Source: Nitrosopumilus sp. (lineage in GTDB: Archaea; Thermoproteota; Nitrososphaeria; Nitrososphaerales; Nitrosopumilaceae). From it: a stretch of DNA of 64,000 nucleotides. Positions 39,747 through 50,293 of this stretch are shown piece by piece. The stretch is from positions 192,001 through 256,000 of the forward strand of contig OZ245040.1 of assembly GCA_965224195.1 (NCBI GenBank). Reading direction: 5' to 3'. Position 1 is the stretch's first letter. Every line of letters starts with the position of its first letter. Below the pieces are notes generated by a model that was given only the letters and a program-made list of their open reading frames with translations, ran no database searches and was not told where the DNA came from. A program made the position numbers and the translations under genes.

Positions 39747-40064
39747 TTGAAATTTTGCCCCAAATGTGAGGTTAAATTAAAAAACAGTGGATCAGGCCTT
39801 CAATGTTCTAAATGTGGTTATGTTGATGGAGAAAAAGCTAAATCAACAAAAAAAATTACTACTGAAGAAGAACCAGATTTCTCATTGCTTGCTTTTGAAG
39901 GAGATGAAGGCGAAGAATCTAATCCAACTGTCAAAATAGACTGTGAAAAATGTGGACATGATGAAGCAGTCGGCTGGATGTTTCAAACTAGAAGTGCAGA
40001 TGAATCTACAACAAGATTTTATCGTTGTCAGAAATGCAAATACACCTGGCGTGATTACACATAA
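39747..40064 (+). CDS. tfs: Transcription factor S
   Basis: FCPKC..CSKC; CEKC..QTRSADE..FYRCQKC. Confidence 0.93.
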   Translation: MKFCPKCEVKLKNSGSGLQCSKCGYVDGEKAKSTKKITTEEEPDFSLLAFEGDEGEESNPTVKIDCEKCGHDEAVGWMFQTRSADESTTRFYRCQKCKYTWRDYT

Positions 40065-40098
40065 GGTTTAACTGGAACATAAAGAGAAGAAAATTGAT

Positions 40099-40845
40099 TT
40101 GACTTTTAGTGCAAAAACAAGCGGATCTGATGATCTAAAAGCTATCATTTCTGCAATATCTACACTTGTTGAAGAAGCAACTTTTGTTGCAACAGCAGAA
40201 GGAATTACTTTTAGAGGAATGGATCCATCACATGTAGCTCTAATAGATATTTCATGGCCTAATTCTGCATTTGAAAAATATGAATGCGATAGTGATATTA
40301 AATTTGGTGTGAGAATTGATGAATTCTCAAAACTCATCAAAAGAGCAGACAAAAAAGATAGCATTGAGATAAGCATCTCTGAACAAAACATGTTGCTTGT
40401 AACAGTTGGAAAAAATAAAAAATACAAAATGCGATTAATTGAAAGTTCTGCAACTGATACTCCATTGCCAAAAATTCCTTATGACTCAAAAATTATTTTA
40501 ACTTCTTCAAAGTTTGATAAAATTCTTGGCGATGTACAAGTTGTATCTGATTATCTTACTATACAAACAGTTGATTCAAAAGGAGATTTTTCTGGAAAAG
40601 GTGATTCTGGAGAAGTTGTAATTGAATTAGACAAAGATGATAAAGAAATTGAAGAAATTTCTTCAAAAGCAGACAGTGTTGGTACATACAGCCTTGAATA
40701 TCTAAATCCTGTAGTGAAAGCAGTAGGTTCCAATGCAGGCTCAATTACATGTGAGTTTTCAAGCGTAAAACCTCTTAGAATTGAATTCAAAGTAGCAAAT
40801 ATCGGTAGAATCCACTTTTACTTGGCTCCACGCGTAGAAAGTTAA
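40099..40845 (+). CDS. pcn: PCNA sliding clamp
   Basis: MDPSHVAL, YSLEYL, FYLAPR. Confidence 0.97.
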   Translation: MTFSAKTSGSDDLKAIISAISTLVEEATFVATAEGITFRGMDPSHVALIDISWPNSAFEKYECDSDIKFGVRIDEFSKLIKRADKKDSIEISISEQNMLLVTVGKNKKYKMRLIESSATDTPLPKIPYDSKIILTSSKFDKILGDVQVVSDYLTIQTVDSKGDFSGKGDSGEVVIELDKDDKEIEEISSKADSVGTYSLEYLNPVVKAVGSNAGSITCEFSSVKPLRIEFKVANIGRIHFYLAPRVES

Positions 40846-40880
40846 AGCATTTAAAGATTAACTAGTTCAGGTATTTTGAA

Positions 40881-42284
40881 TTGAGACTTGTAATAAAATA
40901 TGGTGGCACTTCAATTTCTGCCGCAAAAGACATCCAAGCAGTAGCTAAACATCTTAATGAATTATCAAAGAAAAATCAAATTGTTGTAGTGTGTTCTGCA
41001 ACTAGTGGAACTACAGATGATTTAATAGAAATTTCAGAATCAATAAAAAAAGAAAATAAATCTAAAGCTGAACAACTTGCATCAAAAATTACCAATAGAC
41101 ATAAACAATTAGCTAAACAAACAATCAAAAAACCTGACATAAGAAAAAAATTACTCTCAAAATTTGATGATGACTTTGATGAACTTGTTGCCTTAATTGA
41201 TGGAATGGTGTTATTGGGAGAAGTTACTCCAAGAACACTGGATTATTTATTTTCGTTTGGAGAGAGATTATCAATAAAATTAGTTTCATCAGCGATTAAT
41301 GATTCAGGAAAAAAATCAGTTTCTATTACTGGTAAAGAAGTGGGAATTGTTACTGATTCTAATTTTGGTGAATCTAAACCTCTCATTGATACAACACGAT
41401 TAAGAGTATCAAAGACTGTAGATGCTTTATTTTCAAAGAAAACAATTCCAGTTGTTGGAGGATTTGTTGGTGCTGATCAACATGGTCATGTTACTACCTT
41501 TGGTAGAGGTGGATCTGATTATTCTGCAACAATCATTGGTTCTTGTATAAAAGCAGATGAGATTTGGTTAATGAGTGATGTAGATGGTTTAATGACTGCA
41601 GATCCAAAAATTGTAAAAAATGCAAAACTACTCAAAGAAGTTTCATACATCGAGGCAATCGAAATGGCTCTATTTGGTGTAAAACAAATACATCCACGAA
41701 CCTTTGAGCCTCTACTAACAAAGAAAATCCCAATGAAGATTAGAAATTCTTTCAATATCCAAAATGAAGGGACTCTAGTAATTACATCAACTTCTTCAGC
41801 TGTAAAAAATACAGTAAAGTGCGTAAGTAATGTGCGAAATAATGGATTAATTGATGTTCAAGGTGGTAGTATGGTTGGAACTCCAGGTACTGCAGCAAAA
41901 ATATTTGCAACACTAGCAAAGGCTGGAATTAATGTAATGATGATCTCACAGAATCCATCTGAATCAAGCATTACAATTGTGGTAAAAAATGCAGATCTCG
42001 ATAAAGCAGTTAGTGCATTAGAAATGGAATTATTAGGAAAAATTATTAAAAAATTAGATGTTACTACAAATGTTGCAATAATTGCATTAATTGGTTCAGG
42101 AATGAGGGGAACAGTTGGAGTTGCTTCCAAAGTTTTTGGTGCAATTGAGAAAAACAAAGTAAATGTATCTATGATTACTCAAGGATCATCTGAGCTTAAT
42201 CTTGCATTTGTTGTAAAAAATTCTGATACAAATACAGCCGTGCGAGCTTTACACGATGAATTTACACTAGATAAAATCAATTAA
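40881..42284 (+). CDS. lysC: Aspartate kinase
   Basis: KYGGTS, GERLS, GRGGSDYSA, DVDG.MTADP, two ACT domains. Confidence 0.95.
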   Translation: MRLVIKYGGTSISAAKDIQAVAKHLNELSKKNQIVVVCSATSGTTDDLIEISESIKKENKSKAEQLASKITNRHKQLAKQTIKKPDIRKKLLSKFDDDFDELVALIDGMVLLGEVTPRTLDYLFSFGERLSIKLVSSAINDSGKKSVSITGKEVGIVTDSNFGESKPLIDTTRLRVSKTVDALFSKKTIPVVGGFVGADQHGHVTTFGRGGSDYSATIIGSCIKADEIWLMSDVDGLMTADPKIVKNAKLLKEVSYIEAIEMALFGVKQIHPRTFEPLLTKKIPMKIRNSFNIQNEGTLVITSTSSAVKNTVKCVSNVRNNGLIDVQGGSMVGTPGTAAKIFATLAKAGINVMMISQNPSESSITIVVKNADLDKAVSALEMELLGKIIKKLDVTTNVAIIALIGSGMRGTVGVASKVFGAIEKNKVNVSMITQGSSELNLAFVVKNSDTNTAVRALHDEFTLDKIN

Positions 42285-42321
42285 GACAAATCATTTAAGG
42301 GAATAATTTCAAGATTATTTA

Positions 42322-43785
42322 TTGAATAAACTTCAATCTTTGTTAATTATTGGAATTATTTCTATTGGTATTATTTTTGTATCTTCATCAACTGATCAAT
42401 TCGTTGATGCTGGTTCTAGAAAAAAAATTCATTTTACTGAAACTATAACATCATCTCAAGATCCGGGTCAAGGACATGAAAATCATCAACTAGCATTGAT
42501 TTTATCTCCTAATGAGGGAACAATCTATGACGGCTCTATGACATTTACCTCAAGTGATCCTGTGCAGATTGTAGTTTTACATGAAATTAGTTCTCAGGAA
42601 TCAAAAGGCCAACCTACATGGACAGTTGATGGAAAAACAATTTATGGTTTATCATTGATTGATTTGCAGAAAAATTCAGGCTCATTTGAGTTCACGGGAG
42701 CAGCTCTTGCATTACATTCATCAAATTCTAAAAAATTCACAACTACTGTTAGTCTAGACGGATGGATTAGAGGACAACCTACTGAAGTAATAATGCAAAA
42801 AATTGAGTTTGAAAAAGATGAATCATTATATTTACTTTCAAGAACAAATGTACCTGCTACAATTCCAATGCACAAAGGAATCTATGAAGGAAATCAAATT
42901 CGTTATATCATAACTGATGGTAGCGATAAAAATTATGCAAAAGATATTTCAGATAAACAAGAATGGAATATAGAATTTGCACCAGTTCTTGCAGATGTTC
43001 CAGATAATATACTTCAAAAATTATATGTTTTCAAAAATGGAGTGAAAGGTGATGGAATTTATGGATTCCAAAATGAAGTATTTTCTAGTACTCCATTACA
43101 AAAATCGGAATATAGTGCACTAAATTCTATTATTGAAGTTACTTGGAAAGTTGGTCAAAAAGAAATCGAATTTGAATCTGCAATTGATGTAATTACAGCT
43201 GAAGAAAGTGGTAGAATTGAATTTAATGAAACAGGAATTGTATTGAATACCCCACAAATTACTTGGCCTGATGGACAAATGAAAGTTCGTTCTGACAAAG
43301 AAATTTCTGATGAAATGTCTTACAGTGATGGTCAAATTACTGAAATTAATGAAGAGGAAATGACTGTAACTTTTGTAGCTCATAGAGGTTGGGGACCTGA
43401 TGGGAGGACTATTTACTATATTGTTACTGATGCGACACCATCAGGACCTGCTGAAACAATGGGAATTACCTCTTCTTCAAGTTCAGCAAATCTAATTGCT
43501 CATTCAGGTGCTGTAGATCTCTTCCAATTCAAAAATGGAATTATTGGTTCTGGTCCATTAGGATTTCAAGCAGGTATTGCTGGAGCCACACTTGGAGATG
43601 CAAATTACAGTCCTATGTGGAGAATCTATCTGGTTGAATGGAACGATGCAAAATCTGCAAAAATTCTAGAAACAAGGTCTGATATTGACTCATTTAGTGA
43701 AGAGAATAAACTTTTAGTTAGTATTGCCAGACCAACTAACAGTGATCATATAGTAAACTGTCCATTCATTGATCCGTTCCAGTAG
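42322..43785 (+). CDS. Exported protein with internally duplicated domain
   Basis: Signal anchor; two YI.TD...F.NG..G.G..GFQ...YS units, ending VNCP. Confidence 0.7.
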   Translation: MNKLQSLLIIGIISIGIIFVSSSTDQFVDAGSRKKIHFTETITSSQDPGQGHENHQLALILSPNEGTIYDGSMTFTSSDPVQIVVLHEISSQESKGQPTWTVDGKTIYGLSLIDLQKNSGSFEFTGAALALHSSNSKKFTTTVSLDGWIRGQPTEVIMQKIEFEKDESLYLLSRTNVPATIPMHKGIYEGNQIRYIITDGSDKNYAKDISDKQEWNIEFAPVLADVPDNILQKLYVFKNGVKGDGIYGFQNEVFSSTPLQKSEYSALNSIIEVTWKVGQKEIEFESAIDVITAEESGRIEFNETGIVLNTPQITWPDGQMKVRSDKEISDEMSYSDGQITEINEEEMTVTFVAHRGWGPDGRTIYYIVTDATPSGPAETMGITSSSSSANLIAHSGAVDLFQFKNGIIGSGPLGFQAGIAGATLGDANYSPMWRIYLVEWNDAKSAKILETRSDIDSFSEENKLLVSIARPTNSDHIVNCPFIDPFQ

Positions 43786-43830
43786 TTCCACTAAACGGAT
43801 AAATTACTTGACAAAAAATTTCTTTTAAAA

Positions 43831-44625
43831 TTGACTGGTAAACTCTACATTGTTGGTGTCGGACCTGGCCATCATGATCATATGACATTTCGAGCAAAAG
43901 AAGTGATTGGCGCGAGTGACACAATTGTTGGATATGAAACTTATGTAAATTTAGTACAAGATCTTATTGAAGGAAAAACTGTTCATCGTTATGCAATGAC
44001 ACAAGAAGTAGAAAGAGCTCATCAATGTATTGATCTTGCAAAATCTGGAAAAATTGTTTCACTTGTATCAAGTGGTGATCCAGGAATTTATGGAATGGCA
44101 GGATTGATCTATGAAGCACTTGCTGAATCTGGTTGGAATCCAAAAGATGATCTTCAAGTGGAAATTATTCCTGGTGTATCTGCACTTAATTCATGTGCAT
44201 CACTAATTGGTTCACCTCTAATGACTGATTTTGCAGTTGTAAGTATGAGTGATCTGCTAGTTCCATGGGAAGTTATTTCAAAAAGAGTTGAAGCAGCTGC
44301 TCAAGGTGATTTTGTAATTGTAATTTATAATCCTGCTAGTCAAAAAAGAATTCATCAATTACAAGATACAAGAAAAGTTATTTTAAAATATAGAAAACCT
44401 ACTACACCTGTTGCAATTATCAAAGGTGCATTTAGAGATTCTGAAACTGTTGTAATGACAGATTTAGAGAACTTACCTAATCATTCAGATCAATTAGGCA
44501 TGATTAGTACTGTAATTATTGGAAATTCATCAACTTATACTTACAAAGATTTGATGATTAATCCAAGAGGTTACAAATCAAAATATAATTTAGAAGAACA
44601 GACAAATCCTAATCTCAAAGTCTAG
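43831..44625 (+). CDS. cobJ: Precorrin-3B C17-methyltransferase
   Basis: VGVGPG, SSGDPGIYGMA, DFAVVSMSDLL.PW, YNP, PRGY. Confidence 0.93.
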   Translation: MTGKLYIVGVGPGHHDHMTFRAKEVIGASDTIVGYETYVNLVQDLIEGKTVHRYAMTQEVERAHQCIDLAKSGKIVSLVSSGDPGIYGMAGLIYEALAESGWNPKDDLQVEIIPGVSALNSCASLIGSPLMTDFAVVSMSDLLVPWEVISKRVEAAAQGDFVIVIYNPASQKRIHQLQDTRKVILKYRKPTTPVAIIKGAFRDSETVVMTDLENLPNHSDQLGMISTVIIGNSSTYTYKDLMINPRGYKSKYNLEEQTNPNLKV

Positions 44626-45668
44626 AAACTTTTCTTAATTGTATCATTCAATTCTTCACTAAGATTCAATTTATCTCTAATTGGAGAAACTACTTTAACT
44701 AAATAATTCCCTACTGTTTGTTTCAAATCTCCAGGATGTAATTTTTTTTCTACAAAATCTTTTTTCAATTGATTGTAATTAGTATATGATACATTTCCAC
44801 CAAATTTTTCAGGTCTCTCTACTTTCATTTCCTTGTATTCATGAAAGATTATAGATTTTGAAATTTCTAATAGTGGATTATTTTCAATATTTGCTTCTTT
44901 ACACCATGCTTTGTTTATTTTCTTCCTTATTTCATCATCAGAATTATGAATAAACACTCCTGAATTTGGATCTGATTTATTCATTTTACCTACAATTTTG
45001 TTATTGCTTGAATCTGCAGGCTTTGAAAGTCCTGGTAATAATTTGTGATGAACAGCAACAGGTACTTTCCATTTCATTTTTGGAAATATTTCTCTAACTA
45101 ACATGTGGATTTTTCTTTGATCCATTCCGGCATGAGCAATATCTACATCTAAAGAATGAATATCAACTGCTTGCATTGCAGGATAAAGTAATTTTGCTAC
45201 ATCAATTTTGTTATCGTTTTCTGATCTACCCATGATAGTCAAAGTTCTCATTGTTCTTGCAATTGACATATGTTTTGTAAATTTTACAAGCTCAGACCAA
45301 TATTCTGTTTTTTCTTCATATAGTTTAGATCCTAAAATTATTTCTGCATCAGGACATACTAATTTGAAAGCATCTTGATAATATTTTGAAACTTTTGCAA
45401 TTGTTTCCCAATCTCCACCTAGTTTGTCATTTATCAGAGTATGCCAATCAGCTAAAAAAATCTTACATTTTACCCCAGCTTTTACAAAATCATTAATTTT
45501 GAAACCTGTACTAATCAAACTGCCAAGATGCAAGAAACCGGAAATTTCTAAACCAATGTAATGGTTTGGAGATGAATTAGTTTTGAATAATTCAATTAAT
45601 TCTTCTTGTGTTACTATTTCCTCAGTTGGTGGTCTTTGAATCAAATCTACTTTTTCTGTAATATCCAA
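44622..45668 (-). CDS. tyrS: Tyrosyl-tRNA synthetase
   Basis: YIGLEISGFLHLG, YPAMQAVD, GMDQRK, KMNKS; TTG start chosen. Confidence 0.95.
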   Translation of the reverse strand: MDITEKVDLIQRPPTEEIVTQEELIELFKTNSSPNHYIGLEISGFLHLGSLISTGFKINDFVKAGVKCKIFLADWHTLINDKLGGDWETIAKVSKYYQDAFKLVCPDAEIILGSKLYEEKTEYWSELVKFTKHMSIARTMRTLTIMGRSENDNKIDVAKLLYPAMQAVDIHSLDVDIAHAGMDQRKIHMLVREIFPKMKWKVPVAVHHKLLPGLSKPADSSNNKIVGKMNKSDPNSGVFIHNSDDEIRKKINKAWCKEANIENNPLLEISKSIIFHEYKEMKVERPEKFGGNVSYTNYNQLKKDFVEKKLHPGDLKQTVGNYLVKVVSPIRDKLNLSEELNDTIKKSF

Positions 45669-45756
45669 ATCAAAACAGCTTTTGAGAAGTAAACGTATAA
45701 AGTTATTCAAAATTCTAGTTTGAATTTAGAAGGTTTGAATAGAAGATATTTTCATA

Positions 45757-45972
45757 TTGTTTATGACTCTTGAAGAAGGTTTAGAGTTAATTTCAAATTA
45801 TAAAAAAGCCCTTGAAAAATTTCTTGAAACATTACCAGAACAATCAGTTCAATTAGGCTCAGAAATGATCAATACTTTATCGATGAATTCTAAAAATGAA
45901 ATTAAAAATTTAGATGCAATTGAAAAAGCTTTGAAACGACAGCCAAATTATAAATCTGGATTATCTGAATAA
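45757..45972 (+). CDS. Small helical hypothetical protein
   Basis: 71-aa ORF filling the gap. Confidence 0.6.
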   Translation: MFMTLEEGLELISNYKKALEKFLETLPEQSVQLGSEMINTLSMNSKNEIKNLDAIEKALKRQPNYKSGLSE

Positions 45973-45974
45973 TT

Positions 45975-46178
45975 CTATTTACAGTTCTTCTTATGTTTTC
46001 TTAGATCATCTGAAGAATCAAATTCAGTTCCACAAGCTCTACATTTTTCTTTTTTCTTATTGTGTGCTTTTTCTTGATGTTTCTTTAATCTATCAGAGTC
46101 TGAAAGGACTGTGCCACATTTTTTACATTTTAATTCATTTTTGTTAGAACTAAATAATCCCATGCCCAAATTAGTCAT
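45975..46178 (-). CDS. C2H2-type zinc finger protein
   Basis: CKKC...H...H and CRAC...H...C. Confidence 0.8.
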   Translation of the reverse strand: MTNLGMGLFSSNKNELKCKKCGTVLSDSDRLKKHQEKAHNKKKEKCRACGTEFDSSDDLRKHKKNCK

Positions 46179-46226
46179 TCATAGTTGATATAGTTTTTTT
46201 TACAAACTTTTTCTATAAAGAAAAAT

Positions 46227-46817
46227 TTATTTAATTTCTGATTCATCTAGACTTTTTCTAGGTTTTACACTGAGATAAAATCCATGTGCAGTAATGATAA
46301 ATGATGCAAGAAATACTTTGGTTGCAAATACTAAATTCCATGGTCTGTCTGCATCTGGATAAGCAACTGATAATTTATCAATGTCTGGAACCATTCCATT
46401 GATAACACCTGCAGTCATTTGTGCATTTAATACGGTAAAATTGTATAATACTTCATAGAGAGCAATTATTGAAAATCCTAACAACATTAATTGAAGTAAT
46501 GCCATTTTTGTACCAACGATTTTATCGCCAGCAGTTCTTCTCCACCCAATTCTTGTAACACAATACCATCCAATTATTGTAGAGAAAAATATCCAAGTAG
46601 TTACTCTTGCAAAATTTTCAAATGGTATAGTTGTATTGTGAATTGCTTCTCCCATAACATATGTTCCATTTTCCATCCATTCTATCATGGTAACATATAC
46701 TCCAAAAACTAATGATGATGTCATAATGAATCCACAAATATAGAAAATGTACAGATAGACTTTGTAGCCTGAATCTGATTTTTCAAGATGACGTGGCTTC
46801 ATGATGCCGTTTGCCAA
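46227..46817 (-). CDS. 4-TM membrane protein
   Basis: Four hydrophobic segments. Confidence 0.7.
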   Translation of the reverse strand: MANGIMKPRHLEKSDSGYKVYLYIFYICGFIMTSSLVFGVYVTMIEWMENGTYVMGEAIHNTTIPFENFARVTTWIFFSTIIGWYCVTRIGWRRTAGDKIVGTKMALLQLMLLGFSIIALYEVLYNFTVLNAQMTAGVINGMVPDIDKLSVAYPDADRPWNLVFATKVFLASFIITAHGFYLSVKPRKSLDESEIK

Positions 46818-46881
46818 ATTTTGAAATATAAAAATTCATGTTTTTTTGCTGAGATTTATAGACTAGTTATAAACAGGAATA

Positions 46882-47967
46882 TTGTTGAAAATTGCAATTA
46901 ACATTCCTATTGTAGGCAAAGAAGAGATAGATGTAGTCACGTCAATTCTTAAAAATGGAGCTTTAACATCTGCTGCAAATTTAGGCGGAAAACACGTTCA
47001 GGAATTTGAAAAATCTGTTGCATCGTTTGTAAAATCAAAATACGTCATTGCAGTAAATTCTGGTACTGCAGCATTACAGGCATCACTTTACGCATTAGAT
47101 ATCAAAAAAGGAGGTGAAGTTTTACTTCCGTCATTTACATTTGTAGCAACTGCAAATGCAGTTGTTGCAACTGGAGCAAAACCAGTTTTTGTTGATATTT
47201 TAAAAGAAAATTATACTATAGATCCTGATGATTTAGAAAAAAAAATTACCAAAAGAACTAGAGCAATAATTCCAGTTCATCTATATGGAAATGTAGCATA
47301 TATTGAAAGACTTTCTGAAATATCTAAAAAACATAATATTCCTATCGTAGAAGATTCTGCACAATCTTTAGGTTCTACTTACAAAGGAAAACAAACTGGA
47401 ACTTTCTTTGAAATGGGATGTTACAGTATGTATCCTGCAAAAGTAATGACTGCTGGTGAAGGAGGTTTTATTGTAACTAATAATAAAAATCTTAGAGATA
47501 AACTGTTAATGATTAGAAATCATGGAATGGTTCATGGATATGACACTAGAATGTTTGGTCTAAATTTACGATTGCCAGAAATAAATGCAGCAATTGCAAC
47601 TGTACAAATGAAAAAACTTCCTAAATTTTTAAAATCTAGAAAAAATAATGCTATACTCTTATCAAAATTAATTTCAGATCTCAATATTGTTTTACCAAAA
47701 GAAAGAAAAAATGAAAATGTAAATTGGTATCTATATACAATTTCAACCGATAAACGTAACAAGCTTTTGAAAAAATTAAACGATAAGGGGATAGGTGCAG
47801 CTTCTTACTATCCTACACCTGTTCACAGAACTCCATTTTACAAACTAAAAACAAAACTCCCTGTCACTGATTGGACATCTTCACATGTACTCTCTTTACC
47901 GGTTCATCCAAATGTAACTCAAAAAAATATTGAATTTATTGCTAAAACAATGCGTGAAATGTTGTGA
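46882..47967 (+). CDS. DegT/DnrJ/EryC1/StrS aminotransferase
   Basis: VNSGTAAL, TFVATA, PVHLYG, EDSAQ, SMYPAKVMTAGEGG. Confidence 0.95.
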   Translation: MLKIAINIPIVGKEEIDVVTSILKNGALTSAANLGGKHVQEFEKSVASFVKSKYVIAVNSGTAALQASLYALDIKKGGEVLLPSFTFVATANAVVATGAKPVFVDILKENYTIDPDDLEKKITKRTRAIIPVHLYGNVAYIERLSEISKKHNIPIVEDSAQSLGSTYKGKQTGTFFEMGCYSMYPAKVMTAGEGGFIVTNNKNLRDKLLMIRNHGMVHGYDTRMFGLNLRLPEINAAIATVQMKKLPKFLKSRKNNAILLSKLISDLNIVLPKERKNENVNWYLYTISTDKRNKLLKKLNDKGIGAASYYPTPVHRTPFYKLKTKLPVTDWTSSHVLSLPVHPNVTQKNIEFIAKTMREML

Positions 47968-48440
47968 ATGCAATAGGTGAGGCTATTGGTGAACTTTGCA
48001 AAGTTATTTTGCCTATCAATGAAGAATTTTACCTTGGAAATTCTGATTCTAAAATAGCAATCTGTACACTTTCAAGCATAGATTTACTCAAAAATATTGC
48101 AAATTCTGAAATTTTAAACAAAATATCAATTGCAGGACGATTACTTTCTGAAAATAAAGGAATTGATTCTATTATCAAATATGTGAATAAACATCCTAAA
48201 GTCAATACCATAATAGTTTGTGGTAAAGAGGTTTGGGGACATAAATCAGGTCATTCATTATTTCAACTTCACAAAAATGGAATTGATCAAAATAATAGAA
48301 TAATTAATTCAACTAGTCCAGATCCATTCCTTACTGTGTCAAAATCAGAAATAAAATATTTTCAAGAGAATGTTAAACTCGTAGATTTAATTAATCTAAC
48401 TAAAATTGAATTAATTTTGAAAAATTCTAGAATTTTTTAA
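47964..48440 (+). CDS. Stand-alone MtrA-like corrinoid protein
   Basis: AICTLSS, ENKGID.II, IVCGKEVWGHKSG.SL..LHKNG. Confidence 0.85.
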   Translation: MNAIGEAIGELCKVILPINEEFYLGNSDSKIAICTLSSIDLLKNIANSEILNKISIAGRLLSENKGIDSIIKYVNKHPKVNTIIVCGKEVWGHKSGHSLFQLHKNGIDQNNRIINSTSPDPFLTVSKSEIKYFQENVKLVDLINLTKIELILKNSRIF

Positions 48441-48778
48441 TAACCTGTTCTTTGTCTTTCACGATTAATTTCATTCTTCTTTTTGTAGTCATCTAAAATA
48501 TCATCAGGTGTAAGTTTTAGTTCTAGAGACGCTTGTACAACAAAATGCCAAATATCGATTAATTCCTCTCTTGCTTCTACTTCATTAAATTCGACAGGAG
48601 TTTTCCACCATTTCCAGTTTGTTGTTCTTTGTAGTTCTACAGCCTCATGCATTATAGCAGTACATAAAGCAGAAACTCTTCCTTCAGAATCTTTTGGATA
48701 TCTATCCAGATTCATCATATCTGATAGCCCTTTTTGAAGTTTGAATATTGTCTCTAGTCGATCTTTTTCTTCTGACAA
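48437..48778 (-). CDS. All-alpha (dimeric/MazG-like) dUTPase
   Basis: HEAVEL, WKWWK, EELIDIWHF, KNEIN.ERQ.GY. Confidence 0.88.
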   Translation of the reverse strand: MSEEKDRLETIFKLQKGLSDMMNLDRYPKDSEGRVSALCTAIMHEAVELQRTTNWKWWKTPVEFNEVEAREELIDIWHFVVQASLELKLTPDDILDDYKKKNEINRERQRTGY

Positions 48779-48817
48779 TGATAAATTAATTTGAGAAATA
48801 ATTGAACTTAAGTCTTT

Positions 48818-49711
48818 TTAAAAATGAATCATTTTTTCATATGTCTTGATACGTTTTGCAATATCACCATTTTTTATTTTTAATAATCCATCAAGACCAT
48901 ATTTTTCTACAGCAAATGATCCTAATACATTTCCATAAACAACTGCTTTTTTGATATCAGATATTTTTGTAGATTTTTTATTTGCTAGATATCCTATCAT
49001 TGCACCTGCAAATGAATCTCCTGCACCTGTAGGATCTACAACATTTTCTAGAGAGAATCCTGCAGTTGGGAAAATTACATCATCATAAAACATCAAAGAA
49101 CCATGTTCACCTTTCTTAATTATTACATATTTTGCTCCCCATTGCATCATTTTCTTTGCACATTTTATCAAGTTGAATTCTTTTGTTAGGAGTTTAGCTT
49201 CTTCATCATTAATTACAACAGCATCTACAGCTTTTATCATTTTAATTACTGCATCCCGTTTTGTAGAAATCCAAAAATCTATGGTGTCACACATCGAAAA
49301 TTTAACATTATCAAATTCTTTGATTAGAGAAGTATTTTGTTCTGGATCATTATTTGCAAGATACACAAACTGTGATTTTTTATATGCATCAGGTACAGTT
49401 GCTTTAAAATCAGCTAGAACATTTAATTCTGTTTTCAATGTTGATCTTGTACTAAGGGTACTATCATATTTTCCATTATAGCGAAATGTTTTTCCATTTT
49501 TGATAGTTAATCCTTGTAAATCAAGATATTTTGATAAAACTTTATGATGTTTTTTAGGAAAATCTTTTCCAACTACTGCAATTAATCCTGTATCTACAAA
49601 ATTACTGGCAGAAATTGCTGCAAATGTAGCTGCCCCCCCTAAAACATTTTTTAATGTTTTTTTTGGCGTTCTAATAGTATCTAATGCTGTAGAACCAAAA
49701 ACAGTAAGCAT
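48818..49711 (-). CDS. PfkB-family carbohydrate/nucleoside kinase
   Basis: GGAA, INDEE, KKGEHG, DPTGAGDSFAG. Confidence 0.93.
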   Translation of the reverse strand: MLTVFGSTALDTIRTPKKTLKNVLGGAATFAAISASNFVDTGLIAVVGKDFPKKHHKVLSKYLDLQGLTIKNGKTFRYNGKYDSTLSTRSTLKTELNVLADFKATVPDAYKKSQFVYLANNDPEQNTSLIKEFDNVKFSMCDTIDFWISTKRDAVIKMIKAVDAVVINDEEAKLLTKEFNLIKCAKKMMQWGAKYVIIKKGEHGSLMFYDDVIFPTAGFSLENVVDPTGAGDSFAGAMIGYLANKKSTKISDIKKAVVYGNVLGSFAVEKYGLDGLLKIKNGDIAKRIKTYEKMIHF

Positions 49712-49722
49712 TTGATAAGAAA

Positions 49723-50172
49723 TTAATTTTGATGTATAAATTCTCTTGCTTGTTCTTCTGTTGGATAGTATACAAATGGAACATCTATTGATGTAACTAA
49801 TAGATCATATTTTGTTACTCCTGAAATCTTCACTGAATGTGATTCATCTGAGTTAACATCTGTATGAAATGTACCCCTTACAAAACTACTATCTAATGGT
49901 TGTAAAGTAAATGATTCAAGATCACCTTTTCCTATAATTTCATCATTTGAAATTACAAAAAATTCTGTTTCCCCTGCGGTTAATACCAATAATGAAGGAT
50001 TTTCAAATTGTAACTCAACATTATAGTTTGAACCTTTTTCATTTTCATTTAATAATTCACTTTGACTAATGCTTACTCCAATTTGTGAAGCAGATGCATA
50101 TTGCGAATATCCAAAAATACTCATACCTAATACAAACAGAACAACTATGCCTGCTTTCTTAGAAGCTTTCAT
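49723..50172 (-). CDS. Membrane-anchored LEA14/WHy-like protein
   Basis: N-terminal TM, F.NPS motif, beta-rich. Confidence 0.55.
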   Translation of the reverse strand: MKASKKAGIVVLFVLGMSIFGYSQYASASQIGVSISQSELLNENEKGSNYNVELQFENPSLLVLTAGETEFFVISNDEIIGKGDLESFTLQPLDSSFVRGTFHTDVNSDESHSVKISGVTKYDLLVTSIDVPFVYYPTEEQAREFIHQN

Positions 50173-50293
50173 GACTAGTTTTTGTAAATTTACATTTAAC
50201 CTAAAGACAAAAAAATCCCAATAAATTGTGTAAAAGTTTTGATCTAATCTTAAAGCTCCTTAGAGCTACCAGAATAAATCAAAAATAGATGAT

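Noticed and set aside
47964-48440. MtrA as evidence of methanogenesis
   Set aside because: No other mtr or mcr genes in the window and no membrane anchor
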